A DNA stretch of 64,000 bases from Epithemia pelagica (Eukaryota > Protista > Bacillariophyta), in NCBI GenBank assembly GCA_946965045.2, contig OX337230.1, positions 558,001 through 622,000 of the forward strand, written 5' to 3'. The translations under genes were made by a program, and so were the position numbers. The notes under the pieces were generated by a model. It saw only the letters and a program-made list of their open reading frames with translations. It was not told the origin of the DNA and did no database searches. Shown one piece after another: positions 9,754 through 21,926 of the stretch (positions are counted from its first letter, which is position 1; each line of letters begins with the position of its first letter).

Positions 9754-11148
9754 CTAGTTGATACTGTTGGCACATGTCGTCAATGGTCCTGCAGGGGGGA
9801 TCACAAAGAGCCCAAACGGATTAAAGTTGGTCTTGACGATTTCTTTGCTCTCCGGGATGACGCATCCGGTCTTCATATCAATATCAAAGGCTGAGTTGAC
9901 TTCCGATGCTCCACCGGAATGGGTAATAAAGATGCGAGAGTTATCCATCGAGAGGGTAGGGTTGTGAGGAACGGGGTTGGAGGTGGTGACTTCGGGGCAA
10001 TCCAAGAGCTGACCAGTCGCCACATCCCACACATCAATTGCGTTGCTACCTCCAAGACCAATGTTGGTGGTGTACAAGTACTTGGAATCAAAAGAAATGA
10101 ACATGCCATGTGGGGTAGGACGAGGTGTCTCAGAGATGGGAGTCATATCCGGAACTGAAACCATGTATACGACACCTCCATCCCCGCCTCCTTGGGCGGC
10201 AACAAACAGGCTCGTATCATCACGAATGGCTACATGAGGGTCAGGGACAGTTTCCAAAACTCCAATGATGTCGTACGGAGCCGTCGCCTCGTAGCATGCA
10301 ACGTATCCATTGCTACTGTCAGTTCCACCCAAGAAGGTAACAAAGATGTAGTCGTCCGTCAGAGTTACATCATGGGGCCTTGCACCTGCAGCAGCAGCTT
10401 CACTAGGTGGTTCCAAGGTTACCAGGAGACGGCGAGACGTGAGATCATACACTGGGATACGATTGTCAATGTCACACGTGACTGCCATGATGGGATACGA
10501 TGAACCAGTTGTCTGGGCAATCATGGAGTGGAACAAGCCCCTCGGAGCTTCAATTGTGCCATCGTAAACTAGTTCACATCCCAACATTTTGTAAATGACA
10601 TGACGGTTGTTGGCCCGATCACCAACCAAGATTTCGGACTTGGATTGCGAGAACGCATAATACATGGGCTCTCCATTATCAGGCAAGGCAACTTCCTTGA
10701 TTGCTTCAAGACTGTACTGATCCACCAACGAGAAGGTTCTGCCCGCACGGTTGGCAATGGCCACGGTATTACCAAAACTATGAGACGGGCGATATTCATC
10801 CTTCATCCAGGGACACTTGTACTCCCCATGGTAGCACGAAGGAGGGTGGACAGGATCCTTCCCTTTCTTGCCGCTCTTGTCCTTCTTGCCGCCTTTTTCC
10901 TTTTTCCCTTTGGAGGAACTCAAATATGGCAAAAGTCGCCCTGCTCGCTGGTCGCCCTCGATGGACATCATACCATCCTCACGCTCGGTAGCTGCACCAT
11001 CCTCTTGGAAGATGCTGTTGGACTTGGCGACTACAACGGTAGAAGCGAAAGCTCCAGCAAGGAAAACACTTGATGCAATCTTCGGTCGAGATGAAATTAT
11101 GGCGATGAAGAGGTGCTCCGAAATTTTGGCTCCCCCATCTTCCCCCAT
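9754..11148 (-). CDS. Probable secreted YVTN-like beta-propeller protein with a Lys-rich N-terminal segment
   Basis: 464-aa intronless ORF. Hydrophobic N-terminal stretch (SVFLAGAFASTVVVA); RLL followed by SSSKGKKEKGGKKDKSGKKGK; ~40-45-aa blades with PH(D/V/G/N) motifs, YLYTTN and IDVWDVATG. Confidence 0.7.
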   Translation of the reverse strand: MGEDGGAKISEHLFIAIISSRPKIASSVFLAGAFASTVVVAKSNSIFQEDGAATEREDGMMSIEGDQRAGRLLPYLSSSKGKKEKGGKKDKSGKKGKDPVHPPSCYHGEYKCPWMKDEYRPSHSFGNTVAIANRAGRTFSLVDQYSLEAIKEVALPDNGEPMYYAFSQSKSEILVGDRANNRHVIYKMLGCELVYDGTIEAPRGLFHSMIAQTTGSSYPIMAVTCDIDNRIPVYDLTSRRLLVTLEPPSEAAAAGARPHDVTLTDDYIFVTFLGGTDSSNGYVACYEATAPYDIIGVLETVPDPHVAIRDDTSLFVAAQGGGDGGVVYMVSVPDMTPISETPRPTPHGMFISFDSKYLYTTNIGLGGSNAIDVWDVATGQLLDCPEVTTSNPVPHNPTLSMDNSRIFITHSGGASEVNSAFDIDMKTGCVIPESKEIVKTNFNPFGLFVIPPAGPLTTCANSIN

Positions 11149-11233
11149 GCAATAACGGAAGTAAAGGGGAAGCTTTCAAACAGACGGAAGCTGGTTTACT
11201 CTACGGGAATCATCTCCTATTTAGGAGTAAGTG

Positions 11234-11648
11234 CAGGGTGACCGCCTCTAATTATACCTCGCGTTTTAGAGTGACTCTAAAAGTATCTAAAATAATTATA
11301 CCTACGATTTCGATTTCAAACTCTAAAAATATTTTAGAGTGCTATCCCGTAACCCTAATGGAGCCCAATAAAGTGAAAACCTTAACCCTAGAGGAGCTCA
11401 AACAGCATCCATGACAAGAATGACGGTGAAATGCACGGTTTCACTCAGTAAGGCTCTGACAACAAAACAACAACAACAATAAGAGATAAAGGATGCATTT
11501 GCCCACTTTGTCATGGTGGCATTTCGCTTACATGAACGAAAAAATGAGACAAGATTTTATACCATGGTATTAGACTCTAACTCTAAAAGGTATAATTATA
11601 CTTTTACTTCTAAGCAAAATCCCTTAGACCCTCTAAACGGTCACCCTG
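11234..11648. mobile_element. MITE-like non-autonomous element (~415 bp, hAT-like CAGGG ends)
   Basis: 11-bp perfect TIR CAGGGTGACCG (11234-11244) / CGGTCACCCTG (11638-11648). AT-rich, non-coding interior with many CTCTAA/TTAGAG and AATTATAC subterminal motifs at both ends. Flanks share gtaagt but there is no clean 8-bp TSD. Confidence 0.6.
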
Positions 11649-12845
11649 GTAAGTAAGGTTTGCTCAATTATTATTAGGAGTTTTTTTGGCTACTGCCATG
11701 TCGATAGTCGATAGTGTTGTTTGCATCCTGTTCGGGGGATCAGCTAACGCAGGCGTTTCGGATTACACGTTGTCCTTGAAGAAAGAAACATGACTTTAAG
11801 AAAACGACATGTGTCCACGTCATATCATATAGATAGAAAGATTATGAGATATGTCACAATATTCTTTCATTGGAAGATATATGTCAGAAGAATGTCTGAT
11901 ATCATGTGTATTGCCGGCTGACGTCAACACATCCGGTCCTGCCAGGACTGAACAAGCGGGGAGAGGTAGCTTTTGGTAGAAAGATTTCGGATTTTAATGT
12001 ATCCGAGGACGAGTCTATTCGACTGAGTTCAGAATGAACGTGTCGGGTAAGCCGGCAGGCTAAGGGGGTCTGGGGGTGGAAAAACATCAAAGACTAGAAA
12101 AAACTTTTTTAGCTCAAGAGTGGAAATTCAGTACTTTACACCAAAACCTTCCCATGTTAGGCAAAAAACGCCGGGCCAACTCCTATTCAAAACCATCCAG
12201 CCCCGAAGAAAAACAATGATCGAAGAACGGTCATCCATTGTTTTATCAATCCATTAAATAAAAACCATTTCACCACGCTGTTCCACGTCAGAATCACGGC
12301 CAACGAACCAACCCACGAAACATCTCCTGGTGGCGTTTTGCGTGATCACTGAACTCAGCCGTTCCATCCCGAAGGGTACTGTCTGGTTGTTGTTTCTTTG
12401 GGTCTTGAGAAACATTACGACAGACATGAAGCAACAATGCAAATAGACTGGGTTCTACGGCAAGTTTCGGGATTTGGTTTCTTGGTTACAAATTAGAGAA
12501 GAAAACTAGAGGATTATTCAATGACTCGTTCAAATTTCAGATCGGATCCATGACACTTCGATCTTCAGCCTCGATAATCATCATGGACGATCGCGAGTTC
12601 TATTCGGTTCGACGAAACCTCGTGTCGTCTCTATTATTCTAGTCCTCATTTCGTTTGGAGACACGTGAACTGCACCGTTGCTGTTATTCGGTGGAGTAGG
12701 AGGACCCCGCATTCATTGCCATTGCGACCACCAAAAGGCACGAGGTTCATTCCAGGAACTGGACCACCGTAACCCCCCATGGTTCATCCTGGTCGGCGTG
12801 AATCGCCTTGGTTGTTGTGCGTTTGGTTTTAAGAAACATGGAATG

Positions 12846-14192
12846 TTAGGTTCCTTTGGGTTGTATGCTTTCGGGTGCTGGGTCCATTGTTGTTATTGTT
12901 GTTGTCGTTGTTGTTGTAGTCGTTGGAAGGGCCGTCGACGAATGTCGCGCATCGTGTTGGGCCAGTTGGAGGGCAAAGTGTCGACTGGCCCGCGACGACA
13001 CGGCGGCCACCTTGTGCAAAATTTCCATGCGTTTGTAGCGGACCTTGTGATTGTCGAGACTGAGGACCTTGCGTTGGACCATGAGAATGAGAGCCGAATG
13101 ATTGGCACAAAGGGACCCTAGGACGGGAAACAAGTGTCGTTCCAATCCACGGGCTTCGACCGGAACCTGATCCAAGAGTTGCGGCCACGATAAGGGTGAT
13201 GGCGTTGTGGTGGTTGTGGTCACTGCGTCACATGTCGTGGTTGTCGTGGACAGGGAATTGGGTGACAAGGGCTGCGATACGGTAGATTCCTTGGAGACGG
13301 TGCAGTCCTTCGGTTTCATGGTATCATTGTTGTTGTTGTTGTTGTTTTCAGCTTCTTCTTTCTCTTCTGCCTTTTTGGCATCCTTGTCATTGTCGTTAGT
13401 GTTGTGCTTCGTTTCTTCCTGTTCGTCGAGATTTTTGCCCAAGGCATTGACCAAGGCTTGGACTTGCGGCGAACGAAAATTGGCGTGGGGACAGGCATGA
13501 ATCTGTTGCACCAAGAGTCGACAGTGTTGTCGACTTTGTCGCAGTTCGCCTTCGGTCCACCACAAGGGAGGCTTTGTGGTGTTGTTGTTGTTTGTAGTAG
13601 TAGTGGTAGTAGTGGTGGCGAGAGTAGGACGATCTGTGGTGGTTGGATCCGTGGTGGTCGAGTCTTCTTCTGCGCCTTCTGCTCCGTGACGTTCCACATC
13701 CACGCACGACGAAAATTCAAACACGTGCGAGACTGGAGAGGAGGGACCCCAAAATTGAACTCCTTTGCGTTTTCGTTTGCGACTCAACGTCTCCGTAGTA
13801 TCCACGGCAGATGTGATTGCAGCGGTATCCTCCTCCTTGTTGTTGTTGTTGTGGGGAGTCGACGACACGGCACCCTCCACTCCATTACGGGGTTCCTGGG
13901 TGGTGGGCATGTTCGTTGGTACTGTGGTGGTGGATGCTTCGTCCTGGTTGGATGCGTAAGGAATGTTGTTGGTGGTTGGTTCGTGGACCAGAGACACGCG
14001 GCGAGAACCAAGAATGGCTGGAGGTGGCGGAGGCGGCGGCGGACAACAAGTAGTTTTGGTAGAGTCTTGGTTGGTTACGGCCACGGATTGCCATGGAACG
14101 GCCGTAGGAGTAGTAGTAGCTGTTGTAGTAGTAGGAATGGCAGGAAGATGGAGTTGTTTCGAGTCCATGGTGGATCCTTTCTCGTGCCCCAA
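12846..14192 (-). CDS. Hypothetical protein of a common diatom uncharacterised type (basic-VxF...WW...RGLE...SR-A-LA-D motif set)
   Basis: 448-aa ORF with RKRKRKGVQF, LWWTEGEL, EARGLERH and SSRASRHFALQLAQHDA among poly-T/N tracts. Confidence 0.65.
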   Translation of the reverse strand: MGHEKGSTMDSKQLHLPAIPTTTTATTTPTAVPWQSVAVTNQDSTKTTCCPPPPPPPPAILGSRRVSLVHEPTTNNIPYASNQDEASTTTVPTNMPTTQEPRNGVEGAVSSTPHNNNNKEEDTAAITSAVDTTETLSRKRKRKGVQFWGPSSPVSHVFEFSSCVDVERHGAEGAEEDSTTTDPTTTDRPTLATTTTTTTTNNNNTTKPPLWWTEGELRQSRQHCRLLVQQIHACPHANFRSPQVQALVNALGKNLDEQEETKHNTNDNDKDAKKAEEKEEAENNNNNNNDTMKPKDCTVSKESTVSQPLSPNSLSTTTTTCDAVTTTTTTPSPLSWPQLLDQVPVEARGLERHLFPVLGSLCANHSALILMVQRKVLSLDNHKVRYKRMEILHKVAAVSSRASRHFALQLAQHDARHSSTALPTTTTTTTTTITTMDPAPESIQPKGT

Positions 14193-14981
14193 TCAACAAG
14201 ATTTGTAGCAACAACAACAACAATAGCCAAAAGAAGAAGATGACGAGAAAGAAGAAGAAGAACCAACAATCACCCGTTCCATTTCGAAACTCTCCACCAA
14301 AACGAGAAGAAGAAAAAGTAATGAAGGATTCCGATGCTTTGGGAAGAGATGACCGATACTTCCAACCTCAACCGCTTCGGATGATGACGACGAGAACAAA
14401 CCGAAGAGCTGAGAAGACTCTCCAAACAATTGGAGAAAAATGTGAGAACGCCACCCAAAGTAAGTGATCCAGCTCCACGGCTCACTGCCACCACGTAACC
14501 TCATAAACTCTTATGGGAGGATCTTTTGGACTGACCAGTTTTGTGTACGATCCAAGGTGGCCACATAAGTCAGTTGCGCACGGAAGGTGCGTGGCGACTT
14601 TGAGGCTCGCCATGCGCGCAGGATCCTTCAAGGTTGTGTTGGTTGGCTCTCCCCATGCTTTTCGTACGACGGTCGGACTGATTGTACTCTTTCTTTTACT
14701 CTAACCTGTCCTTCGTCCGATATCAATGATGTGTCCCGAGGATACGACCAAGACCAAGTCTTATGTACTGCTTGAAGTAGGGGGACAAACAGCCGTTCCC
14801 ACAAATGAATATTGCAAAATGCAGTCATCACCCCACTCTCTGGGCCATTGGGGTGTGCTGCCCGGTACACAACCTTTCGTAAATGCTTCCCCGCAGGCAG
14901 GAAAACCTTCGTGAAAAAGCCTGACTCGGGAGTGAGGCTCGATTCATTCTGGCAAATCGGCATTTCCATACGGTGTAGACC

Positions 14982-17450
14982 ATGACGAGGAAGGCTGCCA
15001 AAACGACGGCGGCACTCCACAAGAAGAAGGCTTCCAGTCCAAATCACCGTCCTTCTGATACACGAAAGGGATCCAAAGATGATTTGAACACGAGAAAGGA
15101 TACTACAACAACGCAACCACCCTGGAAGGATTCTACCACCACGACAGCAGCATTCCTCACACGTCTCATTTGGGTGGTTCGCCTGGTTTGGTTGGGCGCC
15201 AGTGTGTGGCACCGTCATTCCAATACTGGTGGTGCTTCTTGGAGTTCTGAATCCCATGGATGGTGGTGGAAACGATCCTTGTCGGCCGTGATGGTCCCTC
15301 AAACGCCATGGACCACGGCGGGTGGTGGTGCATGGTGGTCCGCCGTGGATCACGTTCAACAAGTTTGGGCCTTGCAACAACGACATGTGGTGGTGGATTC
15401 CACATTACTATCACCACAATATCCCTACAAGGAGTTTAATCAACACCTTCTATCGGCCCTGCCGCCCCTCTTGCGAGTGGTGTTGGAACCTCTCGTGCAA
15501 CTGATGGATACGTCTCCATTGCTAGCATCTCCGGAATGGAACTGGATCTGTTTGTCCTTGTTGTGGGGACTTTTATTACAAGGCATGGATTATTGCTTGT
15601 CTTGGCAGTTGGAAGCATTGGGTCGAGCCCTGTGGAAACGACAACCACCACCACCAAACGAAGCAATGGCTGATGAGCATACCAATGACCATCCTTTGGC
15701 CTTGACCCTCGATGCCTTTTATTGGCACACCCGACAACGCGCCGTCCAAACCAAATTGCAATCCTCCAATCATTCCCAACAGTCTTGTTCTCCAAAGGAA
15801 TCGGACACGTCTAATACCACCCCGGTCGTACCGTCTTCTTCTTCTTCCCCTGCCTCTGATCGGGTGGCCTGGTGGACCTTTGTACAACACGATTGGCCTA
15901 CGATCGTACGATTGGCCTATTGGGTCAGTCCGATCACCATGGCATCGAGTAGTGGATTTGGAAGTCATCAAGCCTTGGCCGTGGCCACGTGTGTGGGAGC
16001 CATGCGGCTGGCAGCAACAGCAACAACAGCAGCGTCGTCCTGGTCGAATCTGCTGGCCAGTGCCGTGGCCCTGGCCGTTGCCGCGCATTTGGATGTCGGT
16101 TTGGTGATTTATGCCATTCCCGTGGTCACCTTTTTTGGGGTGGCGTCGAGAGGACCATCGTCTCACTCATGGCAATCGTCCTCTGCAGGGTGGTTGCTGT
16201 GGGGATGCTGGTTCGTACTGGTGTTTGTGGGCGTCTTTGGCGGTTTGTTGCAGTTTGTCGTGACACCTCGGCTCGGCCTCCTCCACCCAGAGGCGGTGGT
16301 GGATTCCACCACCAACAACAATAACAACATCTGGTGGCCGACGGCAGTATCATCTCTCGAGGTTGTCGAATCCATGGTACGGCAACGATGGAGTTTGACC
16401 CGGGTCGGACCCTCCTTGTCCATTTTGTGGTATACCCAAATGGAATCCTTTGTTCGATTTTCCACCTACTTTCAAATTCTGTTGGCCGGATTGCCCTACT
16501 TGTTGGTCCTACCGGCCGCCCTGCGCTTGTGTCCACACGCTCCCATGACCTTGGTACGTACTACATACGTGGCGAGAGTCTCCCGTGTCCATGCTCGTTG
16601 GTGTGTGTGTGGTTTGAAATGACGAGACAAGGGTTTGTACCATTCTTCTCTCTCACACACGCAATGTTGGTTGTGGATATGTTATGATTTGTGGAATGCG
16701 CTCTTGCTCTACGGTCCTTTGGTGGCATAATGACTGTTTCTCTGGCTTGCTTTGCGTGCTGTTGATGGACATGGTTCTCTGTATCGAATTTCTGGTGTGG
16801 GGACACAGACGTCCATTTATTGGTTGGTAGGGACCTTGCTTCGTCCCGTGACAACCTTGTACGATTGGAATGTCGCAGCCTGTCTCGTGGCCCTCTCCCT
16901 CGTGGAATCGCCCATTTTCTTGTTGTGGTTCCCTCCTCTCCACAATGGAATGCGCATGGTCAAACGACAACGTACTACCAAAACGACCAAACATTCAACA
17001 AACAGCAGCAACAAGAACAAGAAAGAGGATTCATCACCAGCGCCACCGCAAGATGAAACCAAAAAAGACACTGCCACCACCAAAGACAAGGACAACGACG
17101 ACGACACAAAGGAGGAGGAGGCTTCTCAATCGTCCTCCTCGTATTCCGTATCGTCTTGGCACTGGACCATGCCATGGTTGATTGCAGTGATTGCCTTTTG
17201 TGCGCTCTGGGTTCCCATTTCTCTCTTTGTCCTCTTACACAGTTTGTGGTTGGAAACGGGCAATGGAGAAGCCAATTTTGTCTTTTTTCAATGCTTGGCC
17301 CTCAATGTCTTGGCCACGTTGTTGGTTGTCTTGTACGTCCATGGCATTGTCCAATGGGACAAGTTGCGACACTTGTGGATGCGACAACGACAACAGGAGC
17401 AGAAAGAGACCAGCACAACTCGGTCCACTCGTAACCAAAAGACACCATGA
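14982..17450 (+). CDS. PIGU: GPI transamidase subunit PIG-U/GAB1-like, probable intron 16554-16808
   Basis: Multi-TM protein. GPSLSILWYTQMESFVRFSTYFQ resembles PIG-U PNIGLxWYFFxEMFxxF, and LHSLWLETGNGEANFVFFQ resembles LWxLWIxxGSxNxNFFY. GTACGT donor and ACACAG acceptor join the two ORFs in phase 0. The exact 5' end is uncertain. Confidence 0.75.
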
Positions 17451-17992
17451 ATCCAGGCGTTACCGATACGGCACCATGTCGAGAAATGCACGTACAAATG
17501 AAAACCTGTCAATTTCCCAACGTACGGACGTATACGTGACCGTTGGCAAAGTCGCAGTGCGCAGTGTCCTTTGCATCGATTCGCCAAAAGAGAAAAGCAC
17601 TTTGGTTTTGGTTGGTTCCGACCATGGCGAGAATGAAAGCCATCTGAATGCTTTGTGGAGAATGGAGGGGAATGACAGCGCTGTCAATCCTTTCCAACGA
17701 GTAGTTCTTTTGGTACTAGTAAACACTATATTATTTAGTATCCTTGATGTATCCACCTCGAAATTTCGACACCCGTGTTCGTTTTGATTCATCCAGTCAA
17801 TCCCTGTGATTGATGTTTCCCTGCGAAGTGTTTTGTGTGAGAAGTTGCTCTCTCCTCGTTTTTGCTCTCGAGAGAGTCGTTTGTCATGAAGTAATTGTGT
17901 ACCCAGTTTTCTCAATGGATGGTTGCTTCCATGAATATTCTACCTAATAGGTTGTAGAGAGCTTGGTGGTTCCCCTTGTTGTTGTTGTTGTT

Positions 17993-19354
17993 CTACACCG
18001 CAATTGGAAACAAGATCCATCCGAGCGCCGCTCCGGCCAAGGGTACGGTATAATTGTCATCGGCAATAGGGACCAGTTCCAAGGCGGCCGTGAGGAACGC
18101 CACCAGGGCGGCCCGGAGCCACAATTGCCCCGTTGACGAATGGGCCAAGACCAAGCCGACATGAGGAAACAAGGTCATCCATTGCAACAATCCCACAATC
18201 GCCAAGGTGGATCCAATAAAAAAGGCGGTCGATCCCGCCACACTCTTGTTGGGAACAAACTTCCAGGGATTGGAGGCCCCATAGCGTCGTCCGACCAAAT
18301 CGGCCAAGCCATCGCCGACGGCCATGGCACAGAGTGCGACAATCCCGGCGGCCGAAGTGCGCCAAAAGGCCAAAATGGCCACAAAAATAATGCACACATA
18401 AATCATGGGTCCACCCAGAGCCTCCTTCAATTCCCCCGATCGGGACACGGACAAGGCCAAGGTGGGTTCGCCCCGTCCCGTCGAAGCCAAGTACAGGCGG
18501 ACCATATTCCACAGCGGCACCAAGGCACAAAAGATTTGACTGCCCGTGGCGGGTGAAAACAAGGGCCAAAACAATAGAAACAAGGGTGCCGACAATGTAT
18601 GAATGAGTTTGCGGGCATCCTTGGAGTCAATGACATGTTGTTCAAAGCCGTAGCCAATCGTCTTGGCCAAGATATACGCCAATGTGGCCGTCAAGAGGGT
18701 ACTGCCCACATCGCGCCAGAGATAGGCATTGGTATAGGGCACCACGACCAATTCTCCCGGAAACAACCAGGGAGCCGGCAGGGTCCCCATGGTATGAGCT
18801 GTCAGGGCGGTCACGGCCAAGGATGCCACTCCAATCGCCACAATCCATCCACGTGTACTACTACTAGTACTACTAGTACTGTCGCTGGTCGTCGGTTCGA
18901 CCGACGAGGAGGAGGAGGAGGATGACACTACTGTGTCGTCATCATCAGTACCACTGGTTGCTGTGGAGTCTGGGTCGGATTCAAGGGCCGACAAGGAAAT
19001 CGTCGACGGTCGTCGGGGACGAATGCGTTTGTCGTGCCATTCCGAACCTCCTCCTCCTCCTCCTCCTCGTACCAGGAGATTGGCCTTCTCCTTAGATGAC
19101 GACGACGACAAGGAGTCGAATAAACTTGTGGTGGTTGTGGAGTATGGCCCAACGGCTGAAAATCTGGAATCCACAGGGATGCCTCTTTGTTGTGGGAACG
19201 GTCGTCCTCGTTGGGATGGACGCACCGAGGTTGCGACCACAGATCGTACCCAGGCAGCCTCCACTCCCTGCAACAAGGGGCAGCAAGTCACGACGACCAG
19301 CAGAATCAGCAGGCAGAATGCCAACAAGGAGGGGGGTCCTGGTTGCATCCACAT
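17993..19354 (-). CDS. VTE5: Phytol/farnesol kinase (CTP-dependent polyprenol kinase), probably plastid-targeted
   Basis: DARKLIHTLSAPLF, SRSGELKEALGGPMIY, AVGDGLADLVGRRYG and NKSVAGS motifs. N-terminal signal peptide (LLAFCLLILLVVV...VEA-AW) plus an S/R-rich transit-like region. Confidence 0.85.
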   Translation of the reverse strand: MWMQPGPPSLLAFCLLILLVVVTCCPLLQGVEAAWVRSVVATSVRPSQRGRPFPQQRGIPVDSRFSAVGPYSTTTTSLFDSLSSSSSKEKANLLVRGGGGGGGSEWHDKRIRPRRPSTISLSALESDPDSTATSGTDDDDTVVSSSSSSSSVEPTTSDSTSSTSSSTRGWIVAIGVASLAVTALTAHTMGTLPAPWLFPGELVVVPYTNAYLWRDVGSTLLTATLAYILAKTIGYGFEQHVIDSKDARKLIHTLSAPLFLLFWPLFSPATGSQIFCALVPLWNMVRLYLASTGRGEPTLALSVSRSGELKEALGGPMIYVCIIFVAILAFWRTSAAGIVALCAMAVGDGLADLVGRRYGASNPWKFVPNKSVAGSTAFFIGSTLAIVGLLQWMTLFPHVGLVLAHSSTGQLWLRAALVAFLTAALELVPIADDNYTVPLAGAALGWILFPIAV

Positions 19355-19871
19355 CACGGTCCTCCTCCTGTCTGACAGTCGCGTGGTGCTTCTACCTTCC
19401 ATGCGGCAATCAACCCAGAGCGAGGGCGCACCCGACCTTCTTTGGCTCATCATTGTAGTTTCGGACGAACGATCCTATACTTCCCAACTCCAGGTATAGA
19501 GATCGAGAGTGTCAATGGTCAAGATATCTTGAAGACCGAACGATCTGCGAAACACGTACTACTCGGGACTCCTTCCATTCTAACGGGAGTCGATTTCCTG
19601 TATCGACTGGTGCGAACCTTACGCGACCAAGGAGCGAAACACTTTTCAGACTGGTGCATTCGTACGTTGGAGGTTGGAGCGTTGAGCGTTCGTCACCATG
19701 GGGGGAGGGTTCTGCGAAAGCGATGAGACGGCCGAATACGTAGGTGCGAAGGTTACCCTGCACTCGTTCTCTCACTCCTCCATCATCACATACACACAGA
19801 AAGTGTTTTACCAAAATCATTCCTATTACTTTATCCACTTCTCCCATCTGCTTCGTGGTGGTTGAAGGTGG

Positions 19872-20891
19872 ATGGAATCCAATCCGTCGAGATTTTCGAG
19901 GGAAGTACACAAACTCGATGGCTGGGTCGACGTGTTCGGGGACACAAGCGAAACCAGCGCATATATCCAAAAGATATGCAAAACAAAGTATGCCGTCGTT
20001 CGTCTCACAAAAACAAAGAGGATGGAGGAGTGGTCCTTCTCCAAAAGAAGCGGAGGAGGGGAGGAAGAGAACGATCCAGGAGGAACCGAGGAGGAAAAGG
20101 AGCAGGAGGAGGAGAATCCTCATGAGTTTACAAGTGGACATGGAGAAGAACCACACGACGAGAGTAACATTCTGGACGGAGGATCGTGGGACACGGACAC
20201 GAATTTCATGGTTCCCCTGGAACACCATCACCACGGATCTAGAGGATTGGATCAAGAAGCTGTGGCCAGAGAAAGCTTCGAAGGAGTAGAAGAAGAAGAA
20301 GCAAATTCCGATGAAATCGAACGGTTCTTGTTGGTATCGTGGGAGGATGTCGTGAATTCCAGTGGTGGAATGGAACCAGCCACTGCGAATAATCCTGCAT
20401 GGAATCCAGCCGTGGCGCGCCAACAAGAAGAACAAGCACCACAACAACAGCAACAGCAACACCTGCAAGGCCCAGGGAATTTGGGGGCGACCGCACAAGC
20501 AGAAGAAGAAGAAGAAGAAGAAGAAGAAGAAGAAGAAGAAGAAGAAGAAGAAGGACCACCGCCTCATGTCCATCGGCCCGGCGACAACTACCCAACAGCA
20601 GCCCCGGTGGTCGGCAACAACAGGAATCCTCCAGAAGGACCTGTGGCACCCGCTCGACCATGGATTGTGGACATCCAAAACACAGTCCAACAAGCCGAAG
20701 CACAAGCACAACAGCAGGCAAACGCCGTGGTACGTTGCAAAACACTTGTGTATTCTATCTTGCGGTCGTTCACCATGCATGTCGGTAGGGAGAGAGACAG
20801 TCTCTACGATCATAACCCATTGTTTTCGTTTTTCGATCCACAAATCTCCAGGTCCCGAGAGGCACGATCAAAAACAGGCCGGATAAGTTAA
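19872..20891 (+). CDS. Hypothetical Glu-rich protein; gene model uncertain
   Basis: 339-aa acidic ORF with a poly-E tract. A competing ORF (19744-20289) and a possible upstream exon with a GTAGGT...ACACAG intron exist. Confidence 0.4.
   Translation: MESNPSRFSREVHKLDGWVDVFGDTSETSAYIQKICKTKYAVVRLTKTKRMEEWSFSKRSGGGEEENDPGGTEEEKEQEEENPHEFTSGHGEEPHDESNILDGGSWDTDTNFMVPLEHHHHGSRGLDQEAVARESFEGVEEEEANSDEIERFLLVSWEDVVNSSGGMEPATANNPAWNPAVARQQEEQAPQQQQQQHLQGPGNLGATAQAEEEEEEEEEEEEEEEEEGPPPHVHRPGDNYPTAAPVVGNNRNPPEGPVAPARPWIVDIQNTVQQAEAQAQQQANAVVRCKTLVYSILRSFTMHVGRERDSLYDHNPLFSFFDPQISRSREARSKTGRIS
20502..20552 (+). repeat. (GAA)~17 microsatellite
   Basis: Direct reading of the sequence. Confidence 0.95.
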
Positions 20892-21926
20892 TATATAAGA
20901 AACGAAGCCACAAGAATCGCCCTCGTAAAGTTCCCGACAACAAGCCCAAGGAACGCAAGTGGAAAGCATCGACGAGGGCCCCCATTCCGGAGAGAACTAT
21001 TTTGAAAAACTCGGATTTGTTGCCGAGACCTGTGCAACCGCAGACGGGAAATGAAAAGGTGAGAACAACAAGGGTGGTGTGTCGCTAAGAACCAAATGAA
21101 TGTGATCATTCACACCTCTTGGGTGGTTTTGGGGGGAATGAATCGACAGGAGGGGACGGAGAGAGAGGAAGAAGAAGAGGAGAAGGACATGGATTCTAGT
21201 TTTTGCCCGGATTGTCCCGATGGTGGACCAAAGGACTTTGGTCCAGGTGGGAATGGACCAGGTGGTTTTGGTGATGGAGCGGGTTTCGGTGGTACGGGTG
21301 GAATTGCTGTGTAGAGTTGGGTGCGCGTGTGGTGGTGAATGTGCGGATAGTATTGGTTATGGAAAATTGTGGAGTTCTCAGGGAAATGACGTTCCATACG
21401 ATTTTGGGAACGATGGTTCTGTCACCAGGATAAAAGCTTGCTTCCTCTTTGCACATTGCAGGGATGTGCAGCTCAACACTCCAAGGGGGATACGCTGACA
21501 ATTCAATCGAATCTGTCATGTCGTCCCCCTCCTGCTCCATTGGGGCAGGATGGGGTGTTATCTGGTGGCACGAACGCATCGTTCCATAAATCGATGACCA
21601 TCATTCTTCCGGCGAATGCACTCTATTCCATTTCAATATAACTGTTTCCTGTCATAGAGTCAAGTTATTATTTGTTTCGCGCCCAATTGTATGGTTCCGT
21701 TGTCAAGAAGAGGGATTCTATGACATGACTTGTAGATTCTAGGCAATGAATCCCAAGACAACACAAGTGATCTATAGGTAGGTTATTGCTCTAGGATTTG
21801 TGTTTGCATATCGAAGATCTATACGTAAGGATATTTTACAAGAAAACTAGATAGTATGGTCGAAACAAATCCAACAGATGCAATCGCATGCTGTATAGCC
21901 AGTATGATGTTGTTACCGCTTCCTCT

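Noticed and set aside
11340-11400. CCCTAA-like hexamers as an interstitial telomere
   Set aside because: There are only two or three scattered copies, inside the MITE-like element.
21110-21641. Pro/Gly-rich short ORFs (PPGPFPPGPK) as a collagen-like or cell-wall gene
   Set aside because: No consistent frame or splice model could be built.
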